A stretch of 64,000 bases of DNA. Origin: Minisyncoccota bacterium (GTDB lineage: Bacteria > Patescibacteriota > Minisyncoccia > Phycocordibacterales > Phycocordibacteraceae). This document shows, piece by piece, positions 19,485 to 29,748 of the stretch (position 1 is its first letter; each line of letters begins with the position of its first letter). The stretch is from contig DASWNF010000010.1 of NCBI GenBank assembly GCA_036399335.1, forward strand, positions 4,066 to 68,065, read 5' to 3'. The position numbers and the translations under genes were made by a program. The notes below the pieces were generated by a model. The model saw only the letters and a list, made by a program, of their open reading frames with translations, ran no database searches and was not told where the DNA came from.

Positions 19485-22400
19485 ATGGCAATCACAAACT
19501 CACCTATGGGCGGAAAGAAGTTCGGCGGACAGCGCGGCCCCGGCCGTGGCAACGAGTGGAACGCACTCCGTCTCTCGCTCGCGAGCCCTGAGCGCATCCT
19601 CGAATGGTCCCGCGGCGAAATCACGAAGCCCGAGACCATCAACTACCGTACCCAGCGCTCTGAGAAGCACGGGCTCTTCGACGAGAAGATCTTCGGTCCT
19701 GAGCGCGATTACGAGTGTTACTGCGGCAAGTACAAGGGCATCCGCTACAAGGGCATCGTCTGCGACAAGTGCGGTGTCGAAATCACCCGCAGCATCGTGC
19801 GCCGCGAGCGCATGGGCCACATCGAGCTCGTCACGCCGGTCGCGCACATCTGGTTCCTCCGCTCAATGCCAAGCCGTATGGCGACCGTCCTCGGCGTGCC
19901 GTCAAGCGACCTCGAGAAGGTCATCTACTTCGCCGGCTACATCGTCACGAAGGTGAACGAAGAGACGAAGAAGCGCATCGCTGCCGAGCTTGAGCAGGAG
20001 TACAAGACCAAGCACAAGGAACTGAACGACGACAAGGCGCGCGAAGCGCTCAAGGAGCGCCTCTCGGTCGCGAAGGCCGAGATCGACTCCGTCGTCGTCG
20101 GCCAGGTCTTCGACGAGATCAGCTACCACCGTTTCTCGGTGAAGTACGGCACCTTGTTCGAGGCACGTATCGGCGCCGAGGCCATTTATGACATTTTCCG
20201 CAACCTCGACCTCGCAAAGCTTAAGGCGACGCTCGAAGAGCGCTACCCGAAAGCTGGTGCCGCAGAACGCGAGAAGCTCGCGAAGCGCATCGCCCTCGTC
20301 TCGAACATGCTCGCCGCAAACACGCGCCCCGAGTGGATGTTCCTCACGAAGATCCCGGTCATCCCACCTGCGCTCCGTCCTATGGTCGCCCTCGAAGGTG
20401 GACGCCACGCTACGTCGGACCTGAACGACCTCTACCGCCGCGTCATTAACCGCAACAACCGCCTGAAGAAGCTCCTCGACATCAAGGCGCCTGAGGTTAT
20501 CCTCCGCAACGAGAAGCGCATCCTCCAGGAAGCCGTTGACGCCTTGCTCGACAACTCGATCCGCAAGTCCGGTGCGTCCGGCGGCGCGCTCACGCCTGCG
20601 CAACGCCGCCCGCTGAAATCCCTTGCTGACAACCTGAAGGGTAAGCAGGGTTACTTCCGCCAGAACCTTCTTGGTAAGCGCGTCGACTACTCGGGACGTT
20701 CCGTTATCGTCGTCGGTCCGGACCTCGAGCTCGATGAGTGCGGTATCCCGAAGCACATGGCGCTCGAGCTCTTCCGCCCGTTCGTCATCGCCGGCCTCCT
20801 TGACCGCGAGCTCGCCTTCAACATCCGCGGCGCCGGCCGTCTCATCGAAGACGGCGTGCCCGAGGTGTGGGAGATCCTCGAAGAGGCTATCCGCGGCAAG
20901 TATGTGCTCCTGAACCGCGCACCGACGCTCCACCGCCAGGGTATCCAGGCCTTCCGCCCGACCCTCATCGAGGGCGACGCCATCCAGCTCCACCCGCTCG
21001 TCTGCCCGGCCTTCAACGCCGACTTCGACGGTGACCAGATGGCTATCCACGTGCCGCTTTCCGAAGAGGCGCAGTGGGAGGCGAAGAACGTGATGAGCGC
21101 GAACAAGAACATCCTGAAGCCTGGTTCCGGCCTCCCGGTCATCGCGACCTCGCACGACATCGCGCTCGGCTGCTACTGGCTTACGAAGATCGTCGAGGGC
21201 GCCAAGGGCGAAGGGAAATTCTTCCAGAGCCCGAACGCGGCCATCCTCGCGCATGAGTACGGCGCTATCGACCTGCGCGCGCGCGTATCGATTAAGCCGA
21301 CCGAAGAGAAGAAAGCCAAGTACGCAGGCTTCGAAGACAAGATCTTCGAGACCACCGTCGGCCGCCTCCTCTTCAACACCGTCCTTCCGTCCGACTACCC
21401 GTACGTGAACGACGCCATTACGAAGAAGGTCTTCGGCGCGATCGTGAACGACTGCATCGTGAAGTACGGCCTCGACCGTATCCCGGACATCGTAAACAAG
21501 ATCAAGCGCTTCGGCTTCGAGTACGCTACCAAGTCCGGTATTACCTGGTCGCTCGACGACATCACCGTCCCTGCCGAGAAGGGCAAGGTCGTGGACGAAG
21601 CCCGCGCCCAGGTCGCGAAGCTCGAAGAGAGCTACCAGAACGGTCTCCTTTCCGAAGAGGAAAAGCGCCGCATGGTCATCGAGATCTGGCACGGCACCAA
21701 GAACAAGGTGGAGGAGCTCGTCGAGCAGAGCATGGATCCGCTCGGCTCCGTAAGCGACATCATCAAGTCCGGTGCCCGCGGTTCCATCGGTAACCTCACG
21801 CAGATGGTCGGTATGAAGGGCCTTATCCAGAACACCGCCGGCGAGACTATCGAAGTGCCGATCGTGTCCTCGATGGTCGAGGGCATGAACCCGGTCGAGT
21901 ACTTCATGTCCACCCACGGTGCGCGTAAGGGCCTCACTGACACCGCGCTCGGCACCGCCCGCGCCGGGTACCTCACGCGCCGTCTCTTCGACGTCGCCCA
22001 GGACTCGATCATCACCGAACGGGATTGCGGCACGAAGCGTGGCATCACGATCAACCGCATCTCCGCATCGGGCATCAACATCGACTTCGCCGAAGCTATC
22101 CGCGGACGCACGCTCTCAGCCGAGGTCGTCGCTGCCGGCGCTACCTTCAAGAAGAACCAGTACCTCTCGCCTGATGACGCCCGCACGATAAACGGCGACG
22201 AGACGGTTACGAACGTCTCCGTACGCTCACCAATGTCCTGCGAGACCCGCTACGGCATCTGCGCCTCCTGCTACGGCATGGACCTCACGACCCAGGAAAT
22301 TGTCGACCTCGGCGAGGCCGTGGGTACGGTCGCCGCACAGGCCATCGGCGAACCGGGCACCCAGCTCACGATGCGTACCTTCCATGCCGGCGGTACTGCC

Positions 22401-23249
22401 TCCGTGGGCGGCGACATCACGAGCGGTCTTCCGCGCGTCGAAGAAGTCTTCGAGAAGCGCTCGCCTAAGAACCCGGCGACCATCTCGAAGTTCGACGGCA
22501 TCATCTCGGAGATCCGCGAGGAAGGCCGTGACCGCGTCATCAAGGTGACCCCGGTCGTCGGCCAGGGCAAGAAGGACGGTTCGGCAACGGAGTTCACCGC
22601 CCACTACCCGCGCCAGGTGTTTGTTAAGGAAGGCGATACGGTCGTACGCGGACAGTTCCTGACGGACGGTTCCGCCGACCTCGACGACCTCTTCGAGTAC
22701 GCCGGCCGCGCTGCCGTGCAGGAGTACATCATTGCCGAGACTTCAAAGATCTACGAGCTCCAGGGCGCATCCGTGTCCCGCAAGCACCTCGAGGTCATCG
22801 TGAAGCAGATGTTCTCCTTCGTTAAGATTAACGACACGGGAGACTCCGAATTCTCCGTTGGCGACGTCGTCGAACTCCTCGAGTTCGGTACGATCGTGCG
22901 GTCGATGGAATCGGAAGGGAAGGTGCCGCCAAAGGCGCGCGAGATGGTACTCGGTATCAAGACCTCCGCGCTCTCGCGCCGCTCGTTCCTCTCTGCCGCG
23001 TCCTTCGAGCAGACCACGAAGATCCTTATCGATGCGGCCCTCAAGGGTTCCGTCGATACGCTTCGCGGCCTCAAGGAGAACGTCATCCTCGGACGCCTCA
23101 TTCCTGCAGGTACGGGCTTTGCCGAGAGCAAGAAGGGCATCGCCATTGCCGGCATCCAGGCCGCACGCCGCGTACGCGAGCAGGCTGCCATGGAGCGCCT
23201 TGCCGAAGAGGCAGAGCGCCCAGGCGCCGTCGTCGATACGACTGCGTAG
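19485..23249 (+). CDS. rpoC: RNA polymerase beta-prime subunit
   Basis: Zn-binding CYCGKY...CDKC, catalytic NADFDGDQMA, EPGTQLTMRTFH. Confidence 0.99.
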   Translation: MAITNSPMGGKKFGGQRGPGRGNEWNALRLSLASPERILEWSRGEITKPETINYRTQRSEKHGLFDEKIFGPERDYECYCGKYKGIRYKGIVCDKCGVEITRSIVRRERMGHIELVTPVAHIWFLRSMPSRMATVLGVPSSDLEKVIYFAGYIVTKVNEETKKRIAAELEQEYKTKHKELNDDKAREALKERLSVAKAEIDSVVVGQVFDEISYHRFSVKYGTLFEARIGAEAIYDIFRNLDLAKLKATLEERYPKAGAAEREKLAKRIALVSNMLAANTRPEWMFLTKIPVIPPALRPMVALEGGRHATSDLNDLYRRVINRNNRLKKLLDIKAPEVILRNEKRILQEAVDALLDNSIRKSGASGGALTPAQRRPLKSLADNLKGKQGYFRQNLLGKRVDYSGRSVIVVGPDLELDECGIPKHMALELFRPFVIAGLLDRELAFNIRGAGRLIEDGVPEVWEILEEAIRGKYVLLNRAPTLHRQGIQAFRPTLIEGDAIQLHPLVCPAFNADFDGDQMAIHVPLSEEAQWEAKNVMSANKNILKPGSGLPVIATSHDIALGCYWLTKIVEGAKGEGKFFQSPNAAILAHEYGAIDLRARVSIKPTEEKKAKYAGFEDKIFETTVGRLLFNTVLPSDYPYVNDAITKKVFGAIVNDCIVKYGLDRIPDIVNKIKRFGFEYATKSGITWSLDDITVPAEKGKVVDEARAQVAKLEESYQNGLLSEEEKRRMVIEIWHGTKNKVEELVEQSMDPLGSVSDIIKSGARGSIGNLTQMVGMKGLIQNTAGETIEVPIVSSMVEGMNPVEYFMSTHGARKGLTDTALGTARAGYLTRRLFDVAQDSIITERDCGTKRGITINRISASGINIDFAEAIRGRTLSAEVVAAGATFKKNQYLSPDDARTINGDETVTNVSVRSPMSCETRYGICASCYGMDLTTQEIVDLGEAVGTVAAQAIGEPGTQLTMRTFHAGGTASVGGDITSGLPRVEEVFEKRSPKNPATISKFDGIISEIREEGRDRVIKVTPVVGQGKKDGSATEFTAHYPRQVFVKEGDTVVRGQFLTDGSADLDDLFEYAGRAAVQEYIIAETSKIYELQGASVSRKHLEVIVKQMFSFVKINDTGDSEFSVGDVVELLEFGTIVRSMESEGKVPPKAREMVLGIKTSALSRRSFLSAASFEQTTKILIDAALKGSVDTLRGLKENVILGRLIPAGTGFAESKKGIAIAGIQAARRVREQAAMERLAEEAERPGAVVDTTA

Positions 23250-23268
23250 CCGCAACAGCCTGTGCGTA

Positions 23269-23302
23269 ACGAACAAAGCCCGCATCCGCGGGCTTTGTTC
23301 GT
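23269..23302. terminator. Terminator after rpoC
   Basis: acgaacaaagcccgc-atcc-gcgggctttgttcgt. Confidence 0.8.
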
Positions 23303-23317
23303 ATAGGGGAATGTCAT

Positions 23318-23346
23318 TTGACATAGAGGGAATATGCCTGTATAGT
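23318..23346 (+). promoter_or_regulatory. Sigma70-type promoter
   Basis: TTGACA-17 bp-TATAGT. Confidence 0.8.
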
Positions 23347-23380
23347 ATATACAGTTTCACCCAGCCGAAGGAATACCGAC

Positions 23381-23683
23381 ATGCTGAACATGCTCCTTGT
23401 CTTTCTCGCCTGGCCGCTGATGGGTCTCGTGACCTTCGTGCTCATGAACCACGCTCGCCGGCAGCTCCATTATTACCCGGACTACCAGGCGATGGTCCGG
23501 CGGAAGATGGAGATATACGGCACCATCGTCGCCATCTTCTTCATCTTCGGTTTCCACGCTGGCGACCTCAGCCCTGTCGTCGTCATCATGGGCACCATCG
23601 TTCTCGCCGTCGTCTCCGTCGTGATGGGCCTCGTGTCCTGGATCGATGTGGACCGTGCAACGGTCATGCCGCCGCCCCGGTAA
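23381..23683 (+). CDS. Small membrane protein (about 3 TM)
   Basis: Hydrophobic 100 aa; own promoter, GAAGGA SD, terminator at about 23713-23741. Confidence 0.7.
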   Translation: MLNMLLVFLAWPLMGLVTFVLMNHARRQLHYYPDYQAMVRRKMEIYGTIVAIFFIFGFHAGDLSPVVVIMGTIVLAVVSVVMGLVSWIDVDRATVMPPPR

Positions 23684-23853
23684 ACGGCACAAAGCACAAA
23701 GAATGAGGTTGACCCCCCGGAAAGAGATTTCCGGGGGTTTTGTATATACCTTTACGAGGTTGAGTATAGAGGGGAGTATAAAAAAGAACCGCTCCCGGGA
23801 AGGGGAACCGGAAGCGGTCCTCCCTCCTTGCGGAAGCGGTTGAGCGATGGTGC

Positions 23854-24156
23854 TCAGAAGTCGAAGCCGAGCTGCTGCTCATGCTGCGGTGGCGGTGGCG
23901 GCAAAAAGATGGCAATGGCCGCCGAGATCGCGCATAAGCTCGACACGCACAGGATAAGCCCGGCCTCCGGCATCTCGATGCCGATGTGCATGAAGAAACC
24001 GATGTAGTTCATCGACAGCGCCGCCAGCGTCCCTGCGCGGAGCAATCCGCTCATTTCCGCAGGCGTAACCACCATGCAGAGTGCGGCGTAGGTGAGCGTG
24101 AGCCAGGCAGCGATGGCCACGAGGCACGTAAGGGCAGCCAACAGTTTGCGTACCAT
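23854..24156 (-). CDS. Small membrane protein (about 3 TM)
   Basis: MVRKLLAALTCLVAIAAW; GGAGG SD; TTGACA-17-TATCTT at 24216-24188. Confidence 0.7.
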   Translation of the reverse strand: MVRKLLAALTCLVAIAAWLTLTYAALCMVVTPAEMSGLLRAGTLAALSMNYIGFFMHIGIEMPEAGLILCVSSLCAISAAIAIFLPPPPPQHEQQLGFDF

Positions 24157-24259
24157 GACAAAGAACCTCCCTGAAGTTAACAGGGGTAAGATACCATACG
24201 CACTGATATGTGTCAAGTATAGGCAGCGCACGCGGAGCATTGGCTGTAGAATGGAGGAA

Positions 24260-25981
24260 ATGACCGGCGGCGACACCGTAGAGAAAATCAAGGACAAGCT
24301 CTCCATCCTCGAGGTGGTGCAGCCGTACGTGAAGCTCACCAAGGCCGGCCGCTACTGGCGCGGGCTCACCCCGTTCGGCAAGGAGAAGTCACCGTCCTTC
24401 TTCGTGAACCCTGAACGCGGCACCTATTACTGCTTCTCCACGTCCCAGGGAGGCGACCACTTCACCTTCATCGAGAAGATGGAGGGTGTCGACTTCAAGG
24501 GAGCCATGAAGATCCTCGCCGACAAGGCGGGAGTCGAGATCGAGTTTTCTGCGGGCGCCAAGAAGGACTCGGGGAAGCTCGACCGGCTTCGCGAGGCCGC
24601 GCGCGAGGCGGAGAACTTCTTCGCCAAGGGCCTCAGTGAAAGCTCCGCCGCCTATACCTATGCGACGTCCCGCGGACTCACTCCCGAGACCATCCGCGCC
24701 TGGAATTTAGGGCTTGCGCCCGAGGGCTGGCGCGGGCTCCTCGAAGCGCTCGGGACGCTCGGGTATGCGCCGAAGGAGCTCGCAACTGCGGGTCTCGTAA
24801 AGGAGGCCGATGAGAAGCCGGGCACATGGTATGACCGCTTCCGGAACCGCCTCATGTTCCCGATACGCGATATCGCCGGGCGGACCGTCGCCTTCACCGG
24901 CCGCGCGCTCGACCCCAAGGACCAGGCAAAATATTTGAACAGTCCCGAGACCGAGCTCTTTAAGAAGTCGGACCTGCTTTTCGGCATGGACCGCGCAAAG
25001 GACGCCATCCGCTCGCGCGGCTTCGCCATCCTCGTCGAGGGGCAGTTCGACCTCCTCCTCCTGCACCAGGCAGGTTTCCAGAATACCGTCGCGCTTTCCG
25101 GTACGGCGCTTTCGGATTCCCATCTCTCGCTTATTAAGCGATACGCGGACAACCTCATGCTTTGCCTCGACGCCGACAGGGCAGGGCTTGCCTCAAGCGC
25201 GCGCTCTGCGCGCGCGGCCCTCGCCGCAGGCATGCGTGTAAAGGCCGTGCGCATCCCGGTCGGGAAGGACCCGGCAGATATCGTGAGCGAGCCTGCCGGC
25301 GCGCAGGTGTTCGCGAAGCTCGTGAAGGAAGCGCAGTCCGTAGTCGAGTTCTTCCTCGCCGTACTCGCCGCCTCCGAGCCCGACGAGCTCAAGCTCCTCC
25401 GCCAGGTAGAGGAAGTCGTGCTCCCGCTCGTCACGGCCACGAAGAGCCCGCTTGAGCAGCAGCGTCTGGTCACCATCGTCGCGCGCGCGCTTTCGACCAC
25501 GCCCGAAGCCGTGCGCTCCGCCCTCCCGAAGGGCGATAATGAGCCGCAAGGACGCCCGCAGCAGCTCCCGCAGCGGGGCACATCCGCGCTCGAGCACACC
25601 TCGAGGGCAACCTCGAGCGTGAAAGGGAAGCGCGACCTGATACTCGCAGCAATAGCCAGCTACCCCGACTCTCCTCTTGCGGAACGCTTGACAGGCGAGT
25701 ATACTCGTATTATCGGCGCTCCACCGCCCCAAGGCGAACATTTGGCCGGGGAGGTAGATGAGCGCTTGCTTTTTGAGGCGGGACTCGCTTTCGGCGAGAC
25801 GCCTGACGTATCATTGGGAGATGACCTGGTCCGCATGTTCGAGCGCAGCGTGCTTACCGAGGGGCTCCATGCCGCAACCGTAGAGCTGCGGCGGGCGGAA
25901 GTCGTAGGGGATGAGGAAGCCATAGCTGAAGCTGCGGCTGCCTGCAAAGAACTTTCGACCCGGCTTGCGGCGCTCCACTAG
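24260..25981 (+). CDS. dnaG: DNA primase
   Basis: Zn-finger-like region (LTPFGKEKSPSF...YYCFS, ligands partly lost), DRFRNRLMFP, KYLNSPET, TOPRIM LVEGQFD and DADRAG. Confidence 0.95.
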   Translation: MTGGDTVEKIKDKLSILEVVQPYVKLTKAGRYWRGLTPFGKEKSPSFFVNPERGTYYCFSTSQGGDHFTFIEKMEGVDFKGAMKILADKAGVEIEFSAGAKKDSGKLDRLREAAREAENFFAKGLSESSAAYTYATSRGLTPETIRAWNLGLAPEGWRGLLEALGTLGYAPKELATAGLVKEADEKPGTWYDRFRNRLMFPIRDIAGRTVAFTGRALDPKDQAKYLNSPETELFKKSDLLFGMDRAKDAIRSRGFAILVEGQFDLLLLHQAGFQNTVALSGTALSDSHLSLIKRYADNLMLCLDADRAGLASSARSARAALAAGMRVKAVRIPVGKDPADIVSEPAGAQVFAKLVKEAQSVVEFFLAVLAASEPDELKLLRQVEEVVLPLVTATKSPLEQQRLVTIVARALSTTPEAVRSALPKGDNEPQGRPQQLPQRGTSALEHTSRATSSVKGKRDLILAAIASYPDSPLAERLTGEYTRIIGAPPPQGEHLAGEVDERLLFEAGLAFGETPDVSLGDDLVRMFERSVLTEGLHAATVELRRAEVVGDEEAIAEAAAACKELSTRLAALH

Positions 25982-26030
25982 TTTTAATTCAGAATTCATT
26001 ACCAACCTGTTTAGGTAACTTGCTATATAT

Positions 26031-27311
26031 ATGGCCACAAAGAAGCCTGTGAAAAAAGCTGCCCCCCAGAAGGCTGCCAAAAAGGCGCCGGTGAAAAAAG
26101 CCGCACCGAAGAAAGCCGTAAAGAAGGTGGCGAAGGCCGCACCGAAGAAAGCCGTAAAGAAGGTCGCTAAAGCTGCGCCCTCGAAGTCGGCGCGCACCAT
26201 GAACGTCGTACGTACGGCTGCAATGGGCGTCCGTGCGAAGAATGCCGCAGACCAGGCAGACAAGGCCGAGCGCCTCATCCAGAAAGGGAAGGAGCGCGGG
26301 TACATCACGTACAGCGAGATCCTCCGCGAGTTCCCGCATGTCGAAGACGACATCAACTTCCTCGATGACCTCTACGGGCGCTTCACGACGGCCGGCATCG
26401 ACATCCTCGAAGGCGGCATGCTCGAGGACCAGGCCGACCAGTACCTCGCGACCCGCAACATCAAGGGCCGTGAATCGTCAGGCTACGATTCCATCCAGAT
26501 CTACCTCCGCGAGATCGGCCAGTACCCGCTTTTGACCGCAAACGAGGAGAAGGAACTCGCCAAGCGCATCGAGTCAGGCGATGAGGAAGCCCGTAACATC
26601 CTCGCGCGCTCGAACCTCCGCCTCGTCGTATCCATCGCCAAGAAGTACGTAGGCCGCTCGCCGGACCTCACCCTCCTCGACCTCATCCAGGAAGGTAACC
26701 TCGGCCTCTTCAAAGCCGTCGATAAGTTCGACTGGAAGAAGGGTTATAAGTTCTCGACGTATGCGACGTGGTGGATCCGCCAGGCTATCACCCGCGCGCT
26801 TGCCGACCAGTCACGCACCATCCGCATCCCCGTGCACATGGTCGAGACCATCGCCAAGTACAAGCAGGTCTCGCGCCGCCTCGCGCAGGCGCTCGGCCGC
26901 GACCCGCAGCCCGAGGAGATTGCCGTCGAGATGAATGTCGAAGTCGAGAAGATCTACCAGATCGAGAAGATCAACCAGGACACCCTCTCGCTCGAGAACC
27001 CTATCGGTTCGGACGACGACGAGCGCTCGACCCTGGGCGATTTCATCGCCGACGACAAGATCCCAAGCCCCGTCCAGGAATCATCCGAACGCATCCTCAC
27101 CGAGCAGGTCCGCGACATCCTCGACGACCTCTCACCGAAGGAGCGCAAGATCCTCGAGATGCGCCACGGTCTCCTCGATGGCGTGTACCACACGCTCGAA
27201 GAGGTAGGGAAGGAGTTCGGCGTCACCCGCGAGCGTATCCGCCAGATCGAGGCAAAGGCCCTCGAGAAGATCCGGACGCACGAGAAGTCCCGTCGGCTGA
27301 AGAGCTACTAG
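26031..27311 (+). CDS. rpoD: Primary sigma factor with Lys/Ala-rich N-terminus
   Basis: [41 protein letters not shown]...TRERIRQIE. Confidence 0.97.
   Translation: MATKKPVKKAAPQKAAKKAPVKKAAPKKAVKKVAKAAPKKAVKKVAKAAPSKSARTMNVVRTAAMGVRAKNAADQADKAERLIQKGKERGYITYSEILREFPHVEDDINFLDDLYGRFTTAGIDILEGGMLEDQADQYLATRNIKGRESSGYDSIQIYLREIGQYPLLTANEEKELAKRIESGDEEARNILARSNLRLVVSIAKKYVGRSPDLTLLDLIQEGNLGLFKAVDKFDWKKGYKFSTYATWWIRQAITRALADQSRTIRIPVHMVETIAKYKQVSRRLAQALGRDPQPEEIAVEMNVEVEKIYQIEKINQDTLSLENPIGSDDDERSTLGDFIADDKIPSPVQESSERILTEQVRDILDDLSPKERKILEMRHGLLDGVYHTLEEVGKEFGVTRERIRQIEAKALEKIRTHEKSRRLKSY
26100..26164 (+). repeat. 36-nt-period direct repeat encoding [12 protein letters not shown] twice
   Basis: gccgcaccgaagaaagccgtaaagaaggt at 26100 and 26136. 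Confidence 0.85.
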
Positions 27312-27339
27312 CAAAAAGGCCCCTAAGGGGCCTTTTTGC
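27311..27339. terminator. Terminator after rpoD; left edge of the AT-rich island
   Basis: gcaaaaaggcccc-taa-ggggcctttttgc. Confidence 0.85.
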
Positions 27340-27442
27340 TTTTAATCATAATAAAGACGCACTAAGTGTAGAAAGTATGTATGACTCGTTAATGCGCCAA
27401 AAGTATACTTGGCTGCAAGATTACCTATAGCTTGATATAGTT

Positions 27443-28276
27443 ATGCAAATGGCAACACCTGCAGAGGCGCGCAAAATTTTGCAGAAAGTAGCATATAAGC
27501 CTTATTTCCAGCAGGACCACTTTGTGCTCTATAACGGGGACTCTATTGATCTGTTAAATCAGCTACCTGAAGAGTCTATAGATATGATATTTGCGGATCC
27601 ACCCTATAATCTTTCTAATGGCGGGTTTAGCGTACAGGCTGGCAGGCGTGTCAGCGTAAATAAGGGCGACTGGGATAAGAGTAAGGGCTTACAGGATGAT
27701 TACGAGTTTCATTATCGTTGGATGGAAGCTGCGCGCAGAGTATTAAAACCCCATGGCACGTTATGGGTAAGCGGCACGTACCATTCTATTTATCAGTGCG
27801 GCTACGCATTACAGTCGCTCGACTTCCATATTCTTAACGACATCTCGTGGTTTAAGCCGAATGCTTCACCTAACTTAAGCGGTAGATACTTTACAGCGAG
27901 TCATGAGACTCTTATCTGGGCCCGTAAAGAGAAAAAGGCGAAGCACATATTCAACTACAAGCTTATGAAGGAGGGTCATTGGCCCGAAGACGCGCTAAAA
28001 AAACCAGGTCTACAGATGCGCTCCGTATGGTCGATGGGCACCCCTAAACCTTCCGAGAAAAAGCACGGAAAGCATCCAACACAGAAACCTTTAGATCTGT
28101 TGCAAAGAGTAGTTCTTGCAAGCACTAACAAAGGAGATATTGTGCTCGACCCATTTACCGGGAGCTCAACGACGGGACTTGCTGCCGCCTTACACGAGAG
28201 GAAGTTCATTGGTATTGATTTGGAGAAGGACTACTTAGAGCTTTCAAAAAAACGGTATCTCGATATCGCCCAATAA
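27443..28276 (+). CDS. Beta-class N6/N4 DNA methyltransferase, DpnA-like
   Basis: MIFADPPY before DPFTGSSTTG; VSVNKGDWD, FTASHETLIWA, GKHPTQKP. Confidence 0.9.
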   Translation: MQMATPAEARKILQKVAYKPYFQQDHFVLYNGDSIDLLNQLPEESIDMIFADPPYNLSNGGFSVQAGRRVSVNKGDWDKSKGLQDDYEFHYRWMEAARRVLKPHGTLWVSGTYHSIYQCGYALQSLDFHILNDISWFKPNASPNLSGRYFTASHETLIWARKEKKAKHIFNYKLMKEGHWPEDALKKPGLQMRSVWSMGTPKPSEKKHGKHPTQKPLDLLQRVVLASTNKGDIVLDPFTGSSTTGLAAALHERKFIGIDLEKDYLELSKKRYLDIAQ

Positions 28277-28278
28277 CC

Positions 28279-29160
28279 ATGAATCTAGAAAGCAGAGATC
28301 GTTATGCGTCGTCCGAGGACTTCCGGGATGACTTCATTGGGACCCTAACTCCAGGAATAATTCCTCGCGCCAACTTCATTCAATGGAAGACCATAGAAGA
28401 AAAGCGGAAAAAGTATGAACGGTACTTCGAGTTCTTTCGTGAACTACCACACTCTTCTGATACCGAACTAAGGAATCATTTAAGAGATTCTTTATTTGCG
28501 GATGACGATCCATTACCTCTAGTAACAGCTGCATTTCAGCTGCTCGGCCACACGGGAAAGACCTATGCCTCTGTAGAGGACTTCGTCGACTTTAAGAAGC
28601 TTGGGAAGGATGAAAAGACTGTGGAATCGATGGAATACGTTGCGAACCTGCTACTGGCCTTAGGAATTAAAAATGTCTTGGAGTGTAATTTAGATGACTA
28701 CTTTCTTGGCGTGCAGATCGGGCTTGAATCTCATCGGAGGAAGAATGTTGGGGGCACAGCCTTTGTAGCATCCGTACGTACTGAGTTGGAGAAGATAATT
28801 AAGAGTTTGAACTTCAAGGGCCAACCGTGGGAACTCAGCGAAGAAAAGAAAATTATATACATCGACGGAGTTACGTCTAAGAAGGTAGACTTTCTTCTGC
28901 AGAAGGATGGTAAAAAAATTGGTGTTGAGGTTAATTTCTATACGGCTCCTGGTTCCAAACCAACAGAAATTAAGAGAAGCTATGGTCAAGTTAATAGAGA
29001 CCTAGATGCCGTTGGCGCTTCCTTAATCTGGATAACCGATGGGGCAGGCTATTTAAGCATGAAGAATAGTCTAAAAGAAGCGCGTGATATTCACCAAAAT
29101 ATATATAACTTCCAAATGCTAAAGACATATTTAGAGCCCGATCTGGAACTACTGCCCTAG
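28279..29160 (+). CDS. DpnII/MboI-family type II restriction endonuclease
   Basis: GLESHRRKNVGG, KKVDF, EVNFYTAPGSKPTEIKRSY, WITDGAG; starts 2 nt after the MTase. Confidence 0.85.
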   Translation: MNLESRDRYASSEDFRDDFIGTLTPGIIPRANFIQWKTIEEKRKKYERYFEFFRELPHSSDTELRNHLRDSLFADDDPLPLVTAAFQLLGHTGKTYASVEDFVDFKKLGKDEKTVESMEYVANLLLALGIKNVLECNLDDYFLGVQIGLESHRRKNVGGTAFVASVRTELEKIIKSLNFKGQPWELSEEKKIIYIDGVTSKKVDFLLQKDGKKIGVEVNFYTAPGSKPTEIKRSYGQVNRDLDAVGASLIWITDGAGYLSMKNSLKEARDIHQNIYNFQMLKTYLEPDLELLP

Positions 29161-29241
29161 ATGAAATAAAGCTGCAGAAAATTGTGGGTGTGGGGAAGAG
29201 AAAAGGTTAGGAAAAGATGTGGTGCGGGATAGGGTAAGGGC

Positions 29242-29748
29242 ATGAATACGCTCATAATCCTTGCTGCTGTCCTCGTCGTTCTTTTCGTTATCGGCTTTGT
29301 TTTCAAGCTTCTTTCTGAGACGGAAGTTACGGGGATTACCGCTAAACCGAAATACAACTATACGAAGCGCCGGTATCTCATGACACGCGCTGAACACGAC
29401 TGCTATAAGCTCCTTGCCCGGGGGCTTGGCGACCAATACTTCGTATTTGCCCAGGTACATCTTCCGGAGATAGTGAGCGAGAAAGTCCCGGGGCAGAAAT
29501 GGCGGCCGGCACGGGCGCACATAGACCGGAAGTCGGTGGACTTCGTCATTTGCGATAAGGAAGGGATCTCGCCCTTGCTCGCTATTGAGCTCGATGACTG
29601 GAGCCATAACCGGGAGGACCGCCAGGAGCGGGATAGGGAGGTCGAGCGCATTCTCGCCCAGGCCGGGCTGCCGCTTTTGCGGATTACTGATATGGAAGAC
29701 CTTGTTAATCGTGTACAGGCTAAACTAGGCGCAAGCGAACATGCATAA
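29242..29748 (+). CDS. DUF2726 domain protein with N-terminal TM
   Basis: LMTRAE...VFAQVHL, KSVDFVICD, LAIELDDWSH, RD...AGLPLLR. Confidence 0.85.
   Translation: MNTLIILAAVLVVLFVIGFVFKLLSETEVTGITAKPKYNYTKRRYLMTRAEHDCYKLLARGLGDQYFVFAQVHLPEIVSEKVPGQKWRPARAHIDRKSVDFVICDKEGISPLLAIELDDWSHNREDRQERDREVERILAQAGLPLLRITDMEDLVNRVQAKLGASEHA

Noticed and set aside
19902-21917. 671-aa antisense ORF within rpoC, and similar long shadow ORFs over dnaE, smc, rpoB, hisS and lysS
   Set aside because: Expected from GC-rich codon bias on the opposite strand; no motifs
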